NCBI GenBank assembly: GCA_964605575.1
Contig: CAZSDG010000002.1
Location: 1 to 44,360 of the forward strand
Direction of reading: 5' to 3'
DNA: 44,360 nt
Source of the DNA: an uncultured Muribaculaceae bacterium
GTDB taxonomy: Bacteria > Bacillota_I > Bacilli_A > RF39 > UBA660
Shown here: in pieces, positions 10,418-19,073 of the stretch
Layout: each line of letters begins with the position of its first letter
Numbering within the stretch: position 1 is the first letter of the stretch
Notes under the pieces: model-generated
Databases searched by the model: none
The model's input: the letters and a program-made list of their open reading frames with translations, nothing else
Told to the model about the DNA's origin: nothing
Translations under genes and position numbers: made by a program

Positions 10418-11333
10418 CTATTCTCCCCATTTCTATAAATAATTTATCTATTGATAAATCAATATTAACATTATAATTATTATTTCTGATAATTTCTTCT
10501 ATTATTTTTATTTTTTCAGTTATAGCTGCAATACTGTTTTTTTCTCTAATTAGTTTAATCAAAGCTTTTTCAACATTGTTTTTTTTGTGTTGATCGGCAA
10601 TAGAAACATAGTATATATTTGAAAGTATCCTTAATAATATAACAAACATGGCTCTATCAACAGTTTTTCTATTTTCTTTTTTATCAGTTGAAGAGCCTTC
10701 TTCATTGCCAATTTCAGACTGTTTTTTAATTAATAAATCTTTTAAATCATTTTTATAAAAAAACAAATTTGAAACTTTTTTATCTTCAATAAGTGATACA
10801 ACTTTTTCAACCATACTAAGATAATTAATATATTCATTCTCTTCAATGTTTAAAGTCTCGTAGAAAGAAGTATTATCATAATTTTTTTTGTAAATGCTAC
10901 ATCTACTAACAATTGTTGGTAAAACTGAAATATAATTTTCTGTTAGAAAAATTCCTATAATATTTCTTTCTGGTTCCTCTAAAAATTTTAATATAGTGTT
11001 TCCTGCAGATAAATTCATTTTTTCTGGTTTTACAATAATATATATATTATTATTTATTTCTGATGGTATAGAACTAAATCTGGCTTGCAATTCTAAAATT
11101 TGTTCTTTTTTAATATCAGTATTTTCTTTATTTATAATTGCTATTTCAGATATATTATCAAGATCTATACTTTTTTTTGTATAGTTTTGATTATCGTTAG
11201 CAACAATTTTTTTAATAAATAATATTGTTTCCTCATAACATTGTTCAATATCATTTGTTTCAATAAGTATGGCATGGGAAATAGTATCAGTTTTATAGTT
11301 GCTTAATAGTGTTTCAAATAATTTATCATCCAT
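10410..11333 (-). CDS. holB: DNA polymerase III subunit delta prime
   Basis: 307 aa. ISHAILIE (HAYLF-like), NTILKFLEEPE, IVSRC clamp-loader motifs. The position between recR and yaaT fits. Confidence 0.7.
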   Translation of the reverse strand: MDDKLFETLLSNYKTDTISHAILIETNDIEQCYEETILFIKKIVANDNQNYTKKSIDLDNISEIAIINKENTDIKKEQILELQARFSSIPSEINNNIYIIVKPEKMNLSAGNTILKFLEEPERNIIGIFLTENYISVLPTIVSRCSIYKKNYDNTSFYETLNIEENEYINYLSMVEKVVSLIEDKKVSNLFFYKNDLKDLLIKKQSEIGNEEGSSTDKKENRKTVDRAMFVILLRILSNIYYVSIADQHKKNNVEKALIKLIREKNSIAAITEKIKIIEEIIRNNNYNVNIDLSIDKLFIEMGRIDV

Positions 11334-11343
11334 TTTTTACCAC

Positions 11344-11940
11344 CTATATTTTTTTTCTATCTTGTAAAGCTCTATCAAGTGTAATGGAATCTAAATAATC
11401 TATTTCCGCTCCCATTGGAATACCATAGGATAACCTAGAAACCGAAATTTTTTTATCCTCAAATATTTTTTTTAAGTATAAAGTGGTAGTTTCTCCCTCA
11501 ATTGTCGGTTTTAATGCTACAATTAATTCAACATTTTCTAAGTTTTCACATCTAACAACTAAAGAAGAAATATTAATGTCTTCAGGAAATATTTTATCAA
11601 TTGGAGAAATCAAACCATTCAAAACGTGATATTTCCCATTAAAATTACCTGTTTTTTCAAAAACAAATACACTTTTATAGTCTTCTACAACACAAATTGT
11701 TTTAGAATCTCTATTTTCATCATTACAAATATCACAAATTTCTTTATCAGTTAAATGGCCACATATCTCACATATTTGCAAATCTTTTTTTGATTTAACT
11801 AATACGTCTGCAAATTGGTTAATCTCATCTGCAGTCAATTCTAAAACAGAAAGTGCCATTCTTTCAGCTGTTTTTTCACCAATTCCTGGAAACTTTTTAA
11901 AGTATTCTATAACACTTGCTAAAACTTCTGGATAAATCAT
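11344..11940 (-). CDS. recR: Recombination protein RecR
   Basis: FPGIGEKTAERMA helix-hairpin-helix, a CxxC..CxxC zinc finger, and a Toprim domain. Confidence 0.95.
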   Translation of the reverse strand: MIYPEVLASVIEYFKKFPGIGEKTAERMALSVLELTADEINQFADVLVKSKKDLQICEICGHLTDKEICDICNDENRDSKTICVVEDYKSVFVFEKTGNFNGKYHVLNGLISPIDKIFPEDINISSLVVRCENLENVELIVALKPTIEGETTTLYLKKIFEDKKISVSRLSYGIPMGAEIDYLDSITLDRALQDRKKI

Positions 11941-11942
11941 AA

Positions 11943-12239
11943 TTATAATAACCCATTTAAGGAATTACTGTATTTTCCCATTTTTGAGTCAATATCAGCA
12001 TTTATTTTTTTAATACAATCATTAATTGCAATTGTTATCATATCTTCAAACACTTCTATATCATCTGCATCAATAATATCTTTTTTTACCGATAATCTCA
12101 CTAACTCTTTTTTACCATTAAATTCAACGTCAACAAATTCATTTTCACTTGCATATATCGTTGAATCAATTTCTGCCTGTGTTTTCGCTATTTCTTTTTG
12201 TAATTTTTGGGCCTGAGCCATCAAATTTTGCATATTCAT
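11943..12239 (-). CDS. ybaB: YbaB/EbfC family nucleoid-associated protein
   Basis: 98 aa, MNMQNLMAQAQKLQKEI...; canonical dnaX-ybaB-recR synteny. Confidence 0.9.
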   Translation of the reverse strand: MNMQNLMAQAQKLQKEIAKTQAEIDSTIYASENEFVDVEFNGKKELVRLSVKKDIIDADDIEVFEDMITIAINDCIKKINADIDSKMGKYSNSLNGLL

Positions 12240-12250
12240 ATTTTAATCTC

Positions 12251-13933
12251 CTATCTAATATCTATATTTTCTTCGCCAAAAATATCAATTGCTACATCTG
12301 CCGTTTTCTCCTTTTTCTTGGTTACTTTTGGTTCTTCTATTTCAACATATTTTATATTATTTGATCTTTTGTCAATATATTCCTTCATTTCGATTTCCCA
12401 CTCAGTATCAGTTAAAAAGCAGATACTTATTTTTGTTCCAGAAAAAGTTTTAAATGCTTTTTCAATTTCTTCCGTTTGTTCAACTAATAATTTAATTGCA
12501 CCGTTAACTGGTGCCGATATAATCAAGTACTTCTTAGAAGCAACTTCTACCTGGCTGTGTTCAACCATAGAAAACAATTGTGCATTGCTGTCTTGCAAAT
12601 TTTCAATAAATTTATTCCAGCTTTTAACCATTTCTTGTTTTATTGTTTTACTAGCTCCTGCAAAACAATTATTAATTCTGATTTGTTTAATGTCAAAATA
12701 ACTAACATTTTCTTTTTTTTCATCTTTTTCTTTTTTTTCTATGTTAACTTTAGTTAACATTTTCTCGCTCGCAGACTTTTCATTGTACTCCTTCGTTAAC
12801 ATTTCTTTTTTTGGAGAAATATTTTTGTCAACTTTAGTTAACATTTCATCTTTTTCTTTATTTTTTATGTTAATTTTAGTTAACATTTCATCATTATTTC
12901 CAGCAAAATCTTTATTATTGCTTAATATATGAGATAAAATGTTTATTTCAAGCAATAAATATGGATTTGTAGTTAATTTTATTGATTTTTGACAATCAAT
13001 CAATAATAAAATTAAATTTTTATTTTTTTCAATTTTTTTGTTATTACTACGAATTAACCCATATATTTCTTCTTTTAAACTTTCAATCATTTTATTTATT
13101 AGAACACTAATATCTGTGCCACTTTTTTTTATACTACCAATTTCATCAAGAAATTGTTTAGAATCTTCTTCTTTAATAGTATTGAGTAGCAAATTAATTT
13201 TTTCGGTTGAAATATATGAGAATGTTTTTTCTAAGTCTTCAATTTCAATCTTATCTTCGTTGTTGGATAATTGATCTAATATGCCTAATGCATCGCGAAG
13301 CGATCCATCGCACATAACAGATATTTCATTTAATACATCTTTATTTATATTTATTTTTTCTTTTTTACATATTTTACTTAAATGTTCGGCTATTTTTTCA
13401 GTACTTATTTTGAAAAAATCAAATTTTTGGCATCTGGAAAGTATAGTTAGTGGCACTTTATGTATTTCTGTAGTTGCCAAAATAAATTTGACGTGTGAAA
13501 CGGGTTCTTCTAATGTTTTTAACAAGGCATTGTAAGCGCTTGAGGAAAGCATATGAACTTCATCAATAATATATACTTTAAATAGTAATGAGCTTGGAAC
13601 TAATCTAGAATTGCTAACTAGTTCTCGCATTTCATCAACTCCATTATTAGATGCAGCATCTATTTCAATAATATCTGGCGAAGTATCATAAATTAGGCAA
13701 TTTTCACACTTATTACATGGATTACCGTCAGTATTATTTAAACAATTAATGGCTTTTGCAAATATTTTTGCTGTACTTGTTTTTCCGGTTCCTCTTACAC
13801 CAGTAAATATATATGCATGAGCTGTTTTATTGTTAACAATAGATTGCTTAATAATTTCCACTATATTATCTTGACCAACTACCTCATCAAATGTCGATGG
13901 TCTATATTTTCTATATAAAACTTTATAATTCAC
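12251..13933 (-). CDS. dnaX: DNA polymerase III subunit gamma/tau
   Basis: GTG start. YRKYRPSTFDEVVGQ, Walker A GVRGTGKTS, zinc module CNKCENC, DEVHML, SRCQKF. Repeat-rich linker and a tau C-terminal region. Confidence 0.95.
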   Translation of the reverse strand: MNYKVLYRKYRPSTFDEVVGQDNIVEIIKQSIVNNKTAHAYIFTGVRGTGKTSTAKIFAKAINCLNNTDGNPCNKCENCLIYDTSPDIIEIDAASNNGVDEMRELVSNSRLVPSSLLFKVYIIDEVHMLSSSAYNALLKTLEEPVSHVKFILATTEIHKVPLTILSRCQKFDFFKISTEKIAEHLSKICKKEKININKDVLNEISVMCDGSLRDALGILDQLSNNEDKIEIEDLEKTFSYISTEKINLLLNTIKEEDSKQFLDEIGSIKKSGTDISVLINKMIESLKEEIYGLIRSNNKKIEKNKNLILLLIDCQKSIKLTTNPYLLLEINILSHILSNNKDFAGNNDEMLTKINIKNKEKDEMLTKVDKNISPKKEMLTKEYNEKSASEKMLTKVNIEKKEKDEKKENVSYFDIKQIRINNCFAGASKTIKQEMVKSWNKFIENLQDSNAQLFSMVEHSQVEVASKKYLIISAPVNGAIKLLVEQTEEIEKAFKTFSGTKISICFLTDTEWEIEMKEYIDKRSNNIKYVEIEEPKVTKKKEKTADVAIDIFGEENIDIR

Positions 13934-13981
13934 GAAATCACCTCTTGTATATCAATTATAACATATTTATTAGTATATTAA

Positions 13982-14416
13982 TCACCTTTTATCGATAAAA
14001 AAATTTGATAACTGTTCTTTATATTCTTCAAGTATTTTTTGGTCTGTATGAATATTTTCAATGCTTATTTTTTTAAATTTCGTACCTTGAAATTGTTTTT
14101 TTTCTTTACTACGATCTAACAAATAATATGTATTTCTAATTCTTGCTTCTGAAATGATTTTTTTACACATTTCACATGGTTCCAGACTTATATAAAGATC
14201 ACAATCGGAAAGCCGCCAATTTTTTTCAATTTTACAAGCTTTTATTATCGCAACGACTTCAGCATGATCAATTGTTAAATAACTTTTATTTCTTTTGTTA
14301 TATCCTCTTGAAATTATTTTATTATCCTTCACAATTACAGCGCCAACTGGCACATCATCAATATTGCTTGCTTTTTTTGACAAAGTTATAAGTTCTTTAA
14401 GTATTTTTTGTTTCAT
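13982..14416 (-). CDS. tadA: tRNA adenosine(34) deaminase
   Basis: CMP/dCMP deaminase zinc motifs HAEVVAI and PCEMC. Confidence 0.9.
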   Translation of the reverse strand: MKQKILKELITLSKKASNIDDVPVGAVIVKDNKIISRGYNKRNKSYLTIDHAEVVAIIKACKIEKNWRLSDCDLYISLEPCEMCKKIISEARIRNTYYLLDRSKEKKQFQGTKFKKISIENIHTDQKILEEYKEQLSNFFIDKR

Positions 14417-14433
14417 TTATTTCACCACCATAT

Positions 14434-14510
14434 AAAAAGTGCACACAAACAGTGATTGTTATGGCTGCTATTTTCCAATCCTGACCAATTTCCAATGTGT
14501 TTGTTGCACA
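14434..14510 (-). ncRNA. ffs: Signal recognition particle RNA, small 4.5S type
   Basis: The minus strand reads GUGCAACAAACACAUUGGAAAUUGGUCAGGAUUGGAAAAUAGCAGCCAUAACAAUCACUGUUUGUGUGCAC-UUUUU. It has the conserved domain IV core GGUCAGG..GGAA tetraloop..AGCAGCC and a long closing helix. Its own promoter lies just upstream. Confidence 0.85.
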
Positions 14511-14515
14511 TATGA

Positions 14516-14545
14516 ATTATAACATATTATCATTAGTTTATTCAA
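14516..14545 (-). promoter_or_regulatory. Promoter of the SRP RNA gene (TTGAAT-18 nt-TATAAT)
   Basis: On the minus strand, -35 TTGAAT is at 14545..14540 and -10 TATAAT at 14521..14516. The predicted TSS coincides with the first base of the SRP RNA helix. Confidence 0.65.
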
Positions 14546-14560
14546 TAAATATTTTTTTAA

Positions 14561-14576
14561 TGTTACACGTGTAACA
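14561..14576. other. parS site 1 (TGTTACACGTGTAACA, perfect palindrome)
   Basis: Matches the Firmicute parS consensus TGTTNCACGTGNAACA at all specified positions. An identical second copy lies 90 bp away. Confidence 0.8.
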
Positions 14577-14582
14577 TGGTTT

Positions 14583-14598
14583 TATTTCCCGGGAAATA
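14583..14598. other. Noc-binding site 1 (TATTTCCCGGGAAATA, perfect palindrome)
   Basis: Identical to the B. subtilis NBS (core ATTTCCCGGGAAAT). The palindrome extends to 20 bp (14581..14600). Confidence 0.8.
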
Positions 14599-14621
14599 AA
14601 ATGATGGTTACAAACAAAAAT

Positions 14622-14637
14622 TATTTCCCGGGAAATA
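14622..14637. other. Noc-binding site 2 (TATTTCCCGGGAAATA)
   Basis: Second identical NBS. Here the palindrome extends to 30 bp (14615..14644) and is followed on the minus strand by UUUGU, so it could also act as the gyrA terminator. Confidence 0.8.
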
Positions 14638-14650
14638 ATTTTTGGGTTGA

Positions 14651-14666
14651 TGTTACACGTGTAACA
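14651..14666. other. parS site 2 (TGTTACACGTGTAACA)
   Basis: Second identical copy. It abuts the gyrA stop codon (14668..14670). Confidence 0.8.
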
Positions 14667-14667
14667 T

Positions 14668-17151
14668 TTAATTTACTTGCTCATCTACTTCTAGTTCCGT
14701 TTTTTCTTCAGAATCTTCATCAGTAGCATTTGTTTCTTCTTGTTCAATTACACTAACTGTGGATACCTTTTGTTCATCTTTTAAAGTTATTAATCTAACT
14801 CCTTGGGTTACGCGACCAAGTTGAGATATCTGCTCGATTGGAAGTCTAATCATCATGCCAGAATCTGTTATTATCATTAAATCGTGCTCATCATCAACTA
14901 CTCTAAATGCAATTAATTTTCCTGTTTTTTCTGTAGTATTTAATGTTTTTACGCCTTTGCTTCCTCTTTTTGTTTGTCTATACTCTGATAGCCTAGTTTT
15001 TTTACCATAACCATTTTCAGTTACAATAAGAATATTATCTTCAGGAGAAGCAACAGCTGCTCCTATACAACTTGCTCCATCCAAGTTAATTCCTCTAACT
15101 CCCGAAGCTGTTCTTCCCATTGTTCTTACTTCTTTTTCATCAAATACGACCATTCTTCCAGAATCTGAACCTAATACAATTAAACTATCATCATCTGTTA
15201 GTTTAACGGAAATCAATTCGTCACTTTCCTTAAGAGTAATACAAATTTTACCAGTTTGTCTAATGCTTTCAAATTCAGAAACACACGTTCTCTTGACTAA
15301 TCCCTCTTTAGTAACAAATACCAATTTTTTATCTATTTGTTCAGGTGAATATTTAATTACTGAGTTTATCATTTCATCTTTATCTATTTGTAATAGATTT
15401 ATAATAGGCAACCCTTTTGCTTGTCTACTGTATTCAGGTATTTCGTATCCTTTTAAACGATAGACTTTTCCTTTGTTTGTGAAAAACATAATATAATCAT
15501 GTGTTGATAAATTCAGCATCAGTTCAACAAAATCCTCTTCATTAATCGACATTGCTTTAACACCGACACCACCACGGTTTTGAGTTTTGTAAGTATCAGC
15601 TGTGATTCTTTTAATGTATCCGTTCTTAGTAATTGTTAATATGCTGTTTTTTTCTTCAATTAATGACTCGTCATCAATATATTCAATAGCGGTCATATCA
15701 ATTATTGTTTTTCTTGGATCATTATATTTATTTTTAATTTCTAACATCTCAGACTTTATTATATCTAAAACTCTTTGGTTGTTTGCCAAAATATCTTTTA
15801 AATCAGCAATTAATTTTAATAATTCGGCTAACTCTTCTTCAATTTTATTTCTTTCTAAACCAGTTAATCTTCTTAACTTCATTTCTAAAATTGCTTGTGT
15901 TTGTTCATTTGATAATGAAAACTTTGTCATTAATTGATTTACTGCTTCTTCATCATTTTTAGCTTCTTTAATTGTTTTAATCACTGCATCAATGTTATCA
16001 AGTGCAATTTTTAATCCTTCAAGTATGTGCTCACGCGCTAGTGACTTTTCTAAATCAAACCTAGTTCTTCTTACTATAATTGTTTTTTGATAATCAACAT
16101 AATGATTAAATATATCAAGCAACCCCATTGTTTGTGGTCTGCCATGAGATAACATCAACATGTTAATACCATATGATACTTGTAATTGAGTTTGTTTATA
16201 TAAATTATTTAATAAAACATTTGCATTTGCATCTCTTTTTACATCAATTACTATTCTTATTCCTTCAAGAGCTGATTCATCGTGTAAATTAGAAATACCA
16301 TCAATCATTTTATCTCTTACTAATTCAGCGATTCTTTTAATCAGTGATTGTTTATTAACTTGATATGGTAGTTCAGTAACAATTATTCTTGATTTATCAT
16401 TTTTTTCTTCGATTTCGACTTTTGAACGAATTGTTATTGTTCCTTTACCAGTTTCAAATGCTTTTTTTATACCACTATTTCCAAGGATTGAGCCTGCAGT
16501 TGGGAAGTCTGGACCTTTAATATACTGCATTATTTCTTCTATTGTTATTTCGTTATTATCAATGTAAGCGATACAAGCATCAATAACTTCTCCTAAATTA
16601 TGTGGCGGAATATTTGTTGCCATTCCAACAGCAATACCCATATTTCCATTTACTAATATATTTGGAAATCTACTTGGTAGTATTTCTGGTTCTCTTCTTT
16701 GACCATCATAGTTATCTTTAAAATCAACTGTGTTTTTGTTTAAATCTCTTAACAGTTCCATTGATATTTTTGAAAGTCTTGCTTCTGTATAACGATGGGC
16801 AGCTGCGCCATCACCATCAATTGAACCAAAGTTACCGTGTCCATCAACTAGTGTATGGCGATATGTAAAATCTTGAGCCATTCTAACCATTGAATCATAA
16901 ATTGCTGCATCTCCGTGTGGATGGTAATGTCCCATAATTGCTCCTACAGCATTTGCACTTTTTTGGTGTTTTTTTTCGGGAGTCATTCCTTCTTCATACA
17001 TTGTATATAAAATTCTTCTATGAACAGGTTTTAAACCATCTCTTACATCAGGTATTGCTCGAGAAATGATAACGCTCATAGAATAGTCTAAAAATGAGGT
17101 TTTCATTTCATTTGTTAAATCGTGAATTATAATATTTTCTTCGTTATTCAT
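14668..17151 (-). CDS. gyrA: DNA gyrase subunit A
   Basis: 827 aa. DGLKPVHRRILY, the AAHRYTEARL active-site Tyr region, a C-terminal beta-pinwheel and an acidic tail. Confidence 0.97.
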   Translation of the reverse strand: MNNEENIIIHDLTNEMKTSFLDYSMSVIISRAIPDVRDGLKPVHRRILYTMYEEGMTPEKKHQKSANAVGAIMGHYHPHGDAAIYDSMVRMAQDFTYRHTLVDGHGNFGSIDGDGAAAHRYTEARLSKISMELLRDLNKNTVDFKDNYDGQRREPEILPSRFPNILVNGNMGIAVGMATNIPPHNLGEVIDACIAYIDNNEITIEEIMQYIKGPDFPTAGSILGNSGIKKAFETGKGTITIRSKVEIEEKNDKSRIIVTELPYQVNKQSLIKRIAELVRDKMIDGISNLHDESALEGIRIVIDVKRDANANVLLNNLYKQTQLQVSYGINMLMLSHGRPQTMGLLDIFNHYVDYQKTIIVRRTRFDLEKSLAREHILEGLKIALDNIDAVIKTIKEAKNDEEAVNQLMTKFSLSNEQTQAILEMKLRRLTGLERNKIEEELAELLKLIADLKDILANNQRVLDIIKSEMLEIKNKYNDPRKTIIDMTAIEYIDDESLIEEKNSILTITKNGYIKRITADTYKTQNRGGVGVKAMSINEEDFVELMLNLSTHDYIMFFTNKGKVYRLKGYEIPEYSRQAKGLPIINLLQIDKDEMINSVIKYSPEQIDKKLVFVTKEGLVKRTCVSEFESIRQTGKICITLKESDELISVKLTDDDSLIVLGSDSGRMVVFDEKEVRTMGRTASGVRGINLDGASCIGAAVASPEDNILIVTENGYGKKTRLSEYRQTKRGSKGVKTLNTTEKTGKLIAFRVVDDEHDLMIITDSGMMIRLPIEQISQLGRVTQGVRLITLKDEQKVSTVSVIEQEETNATDEDSEEKTELEVDEQVN

Positions 17152-17162
17152 CTTTTTTCCCC

Positions 17163-19073
17163 CTAAACATCCAAGTTTTTAACGTATATTGCGTTATCTT
17201 CTATAAATTTTCTTCTAGGTTCTACATCTTCACCCATTAATATTTGAAAAGTTTCATCTGCAGTTATAGCATCTTCTAAGTGAATTTTAACTAATTGTCT
17301 AGAATCTCTGTGCATTGTTGTTTCTCTTAATTCAATTGCGTCCATTTCACCAAGACCCTTCATTCTTCCAATGTCATATTTAGTACTTTCTGGTAAAGTT
17401 GCTAAGTATTCATCTCTCTCTTTATCATTAATTACATATTTTTTTATTTTTCCGTGAGAAATACAATAAAGAGGTGGCTGTGCTGCATATATATGTCCAT
17501 TTTCAATTAATGGTTTGAAGTATCTATAGAAAAATGTTAATAATAGTGTTCTAATGTGCGAGCCATCAACGTCCGCATCCGTCATTATTATTATTTTATT
17601 ATATCTTAATTTATTAATATCAAACTCATCGCCGATTCCTGTACCAAATGCTGAAATTAAACTTCTTATTTCGTCATTACCAAGAACTCTATCTAATCTA
17701 GATTTTTCAACATTTAATATTTTTCCTCTAATAGGCATTACTGCTTGGGTTTCAGAATCTCTACCTTGTTTTGCTGGTCCTGCAGCACTGTCTCCTTCTA
17801 CAATAAACATTTCAGTATTAGTTGGATCCTTAGATATACAGTCGGTTAATTTTCCTAATTGACTACTTAAATCTAAACCACCTTTTCTGATTGTTAGTTC
17901 TCTTGCCTTTTTCGCTGCTACTCTAGCACGAGAAGCAATTAAACTCTTCTCAATGATAATTTTTGCTTGATCAGGATTTTCTAATAAAAATCTTTCTAAA
18001 CCAGCTGAAAATATATCATCAGCTATTTTTCTTACTTCTACATTACCAAATTTTGTTTTTGTTTGACCTTCAAATTGAGGATTTGGATGTTTACAAGAAA
18101 TAATCATTGTTAGCCCTTCGCGAACATCTTCTCCCAATAACCCTTCTTCATTATCCTTAATAAATTTGTTATTTTTTGCATATTTATTAATAATTCTTGT
18201 CAATGCTCTTTTAATACCATCTTCATGTGTTCCACCTTCATATGTGTTAATGTTATTAACAAAAGAATAAACACTTGAGTTATATGTATCATTATATTGC
18301 ATAGCAACTTCCATTATTACGTTATCTTCTGTTCCTTCAATAAATATTACATCCTCGTGAATCCCTTTTTTATTTTTATTTAGTAATTGAACATATTCGA
18401 TTATTCCGCCTTCATAGATATATTCATTTCTTTTTTCTTCTTCTCTTTCGTCAACTAAAATAATTCTTAAACCTTTATTTAAAAATGCTATTTCTCTTAA
18501 CCTATTTGCTAATATCTCATAATTATATGATGTAGTTTCTTGAAATATTTCTGGATTTGCCTTAAATCTTACTGTTGTACCAGTTCTTTCTGGTGAGCAT
18601 TTATCAATAATTTTAATATCCTCGGTTGCATGCCCTCCGTTTTCAAATTTTTGATAATACACATTACCGCCGTGATAAATTTTTACTTCTAACCAGTTTG
18701 ATAGAGCATTAACTACACTTGCTCCTACCCCATGTAGACCACCTGATATTTTATATCCTTCTCCACCAAATTTACCACCAGCATGTAATACAGTAAAAAT
18801 TGTTTCTACAGTTGATAATCCTGTTTTTTTATTTATTCCAGTCGGAATACCTCTTCCGTCGTCTCTTACTTGAATAACATTATTTTTTTCAATTATTACT
18901 TCTATATCATCACAAAAACCAGCTAATGCTTCATCAACTGCATTATCAACTATTTCCCATACTAAATGATGTAATCCCTTTTCACCAGTACTACCAATGT
19001 ACATTCCTGGTCTTTTTTTAACAGCTTCTAATCCTTCTAATACTTGAATGTCACTATCGCTATATTCTCTCAT
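17163..19073 (-). CDS. gyrB: DNA gyrase subunit B
   Basis: 636 aa. GHKL ATPase ([30 protein letters not shown]) and Toprim ([32 protein letters not shown]). Confidence 0.97.
   Translation of the reverse strand: MREYSDSDIQVLEGLEAVKKRPGMYIGSTGEKGLHHLVWEIVDNAVDEALAGFCDDIEVIIEKNNVIQVRDDGRGIPTGINKKTGLSTVETIFTVLHAGGKFGGEGYKISGGLHGVGASVVNALSNWLEVKIYHGGNVYYQKFENGGHATEDIKIIDKCSPERTGTTVRFKANPEIFQETTSYNYEILANRLREIAFLNKGLRIILVDEREEEKRNEYIYEGGIIEYVQLLNKNKKGIHEDVIFIEGTEDNVIMEVAMQYNDTYNSSVYSFVNNINTYEGGTHEDGIKRALTRIINKYAKNNKFIKDNEEGLLGEDVREGLTMIISCKHPNPQFEGQTKTKFGNVEVRKIADDIFSAGLERFLLENPDQAKIIIEKSLIASRARVAAKKARELTIRKGGLDLSSQLGKLTDCISKDPTNTEMFIVEGDSAAGPAKQGRDSETQAVMPIRGKILNVEKSRLDRVLGNDEIRSLISAFGTGIGDEFDINKLRYNKIIIMTDADVDGSHIRTLLLTFFYRYFKPLIENGHIYAAQPPLYCISHGKIKKYVINDKERDEYLATLPESTKYDIGRMKGLGEMDAIELRETTMHRDSRQLVKIHLEDAITADETFQILMGEDVEPRRKFIEDNAIYVKNLDV

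Noticed and set aside
14560-14667. Reading the four palindromes simply as rho-independent terminators of gyrA or as generic REP-like repeats.
   Set aside because: Not sufficient as the sole explanation. Both 16-bp cores coincide exactly with two independently defined protein-binding consensus sites (parS and NBS). Only the 30-bp version of NBS-2 has a terminator-like U-tract. A dual role for that copy remains possible.
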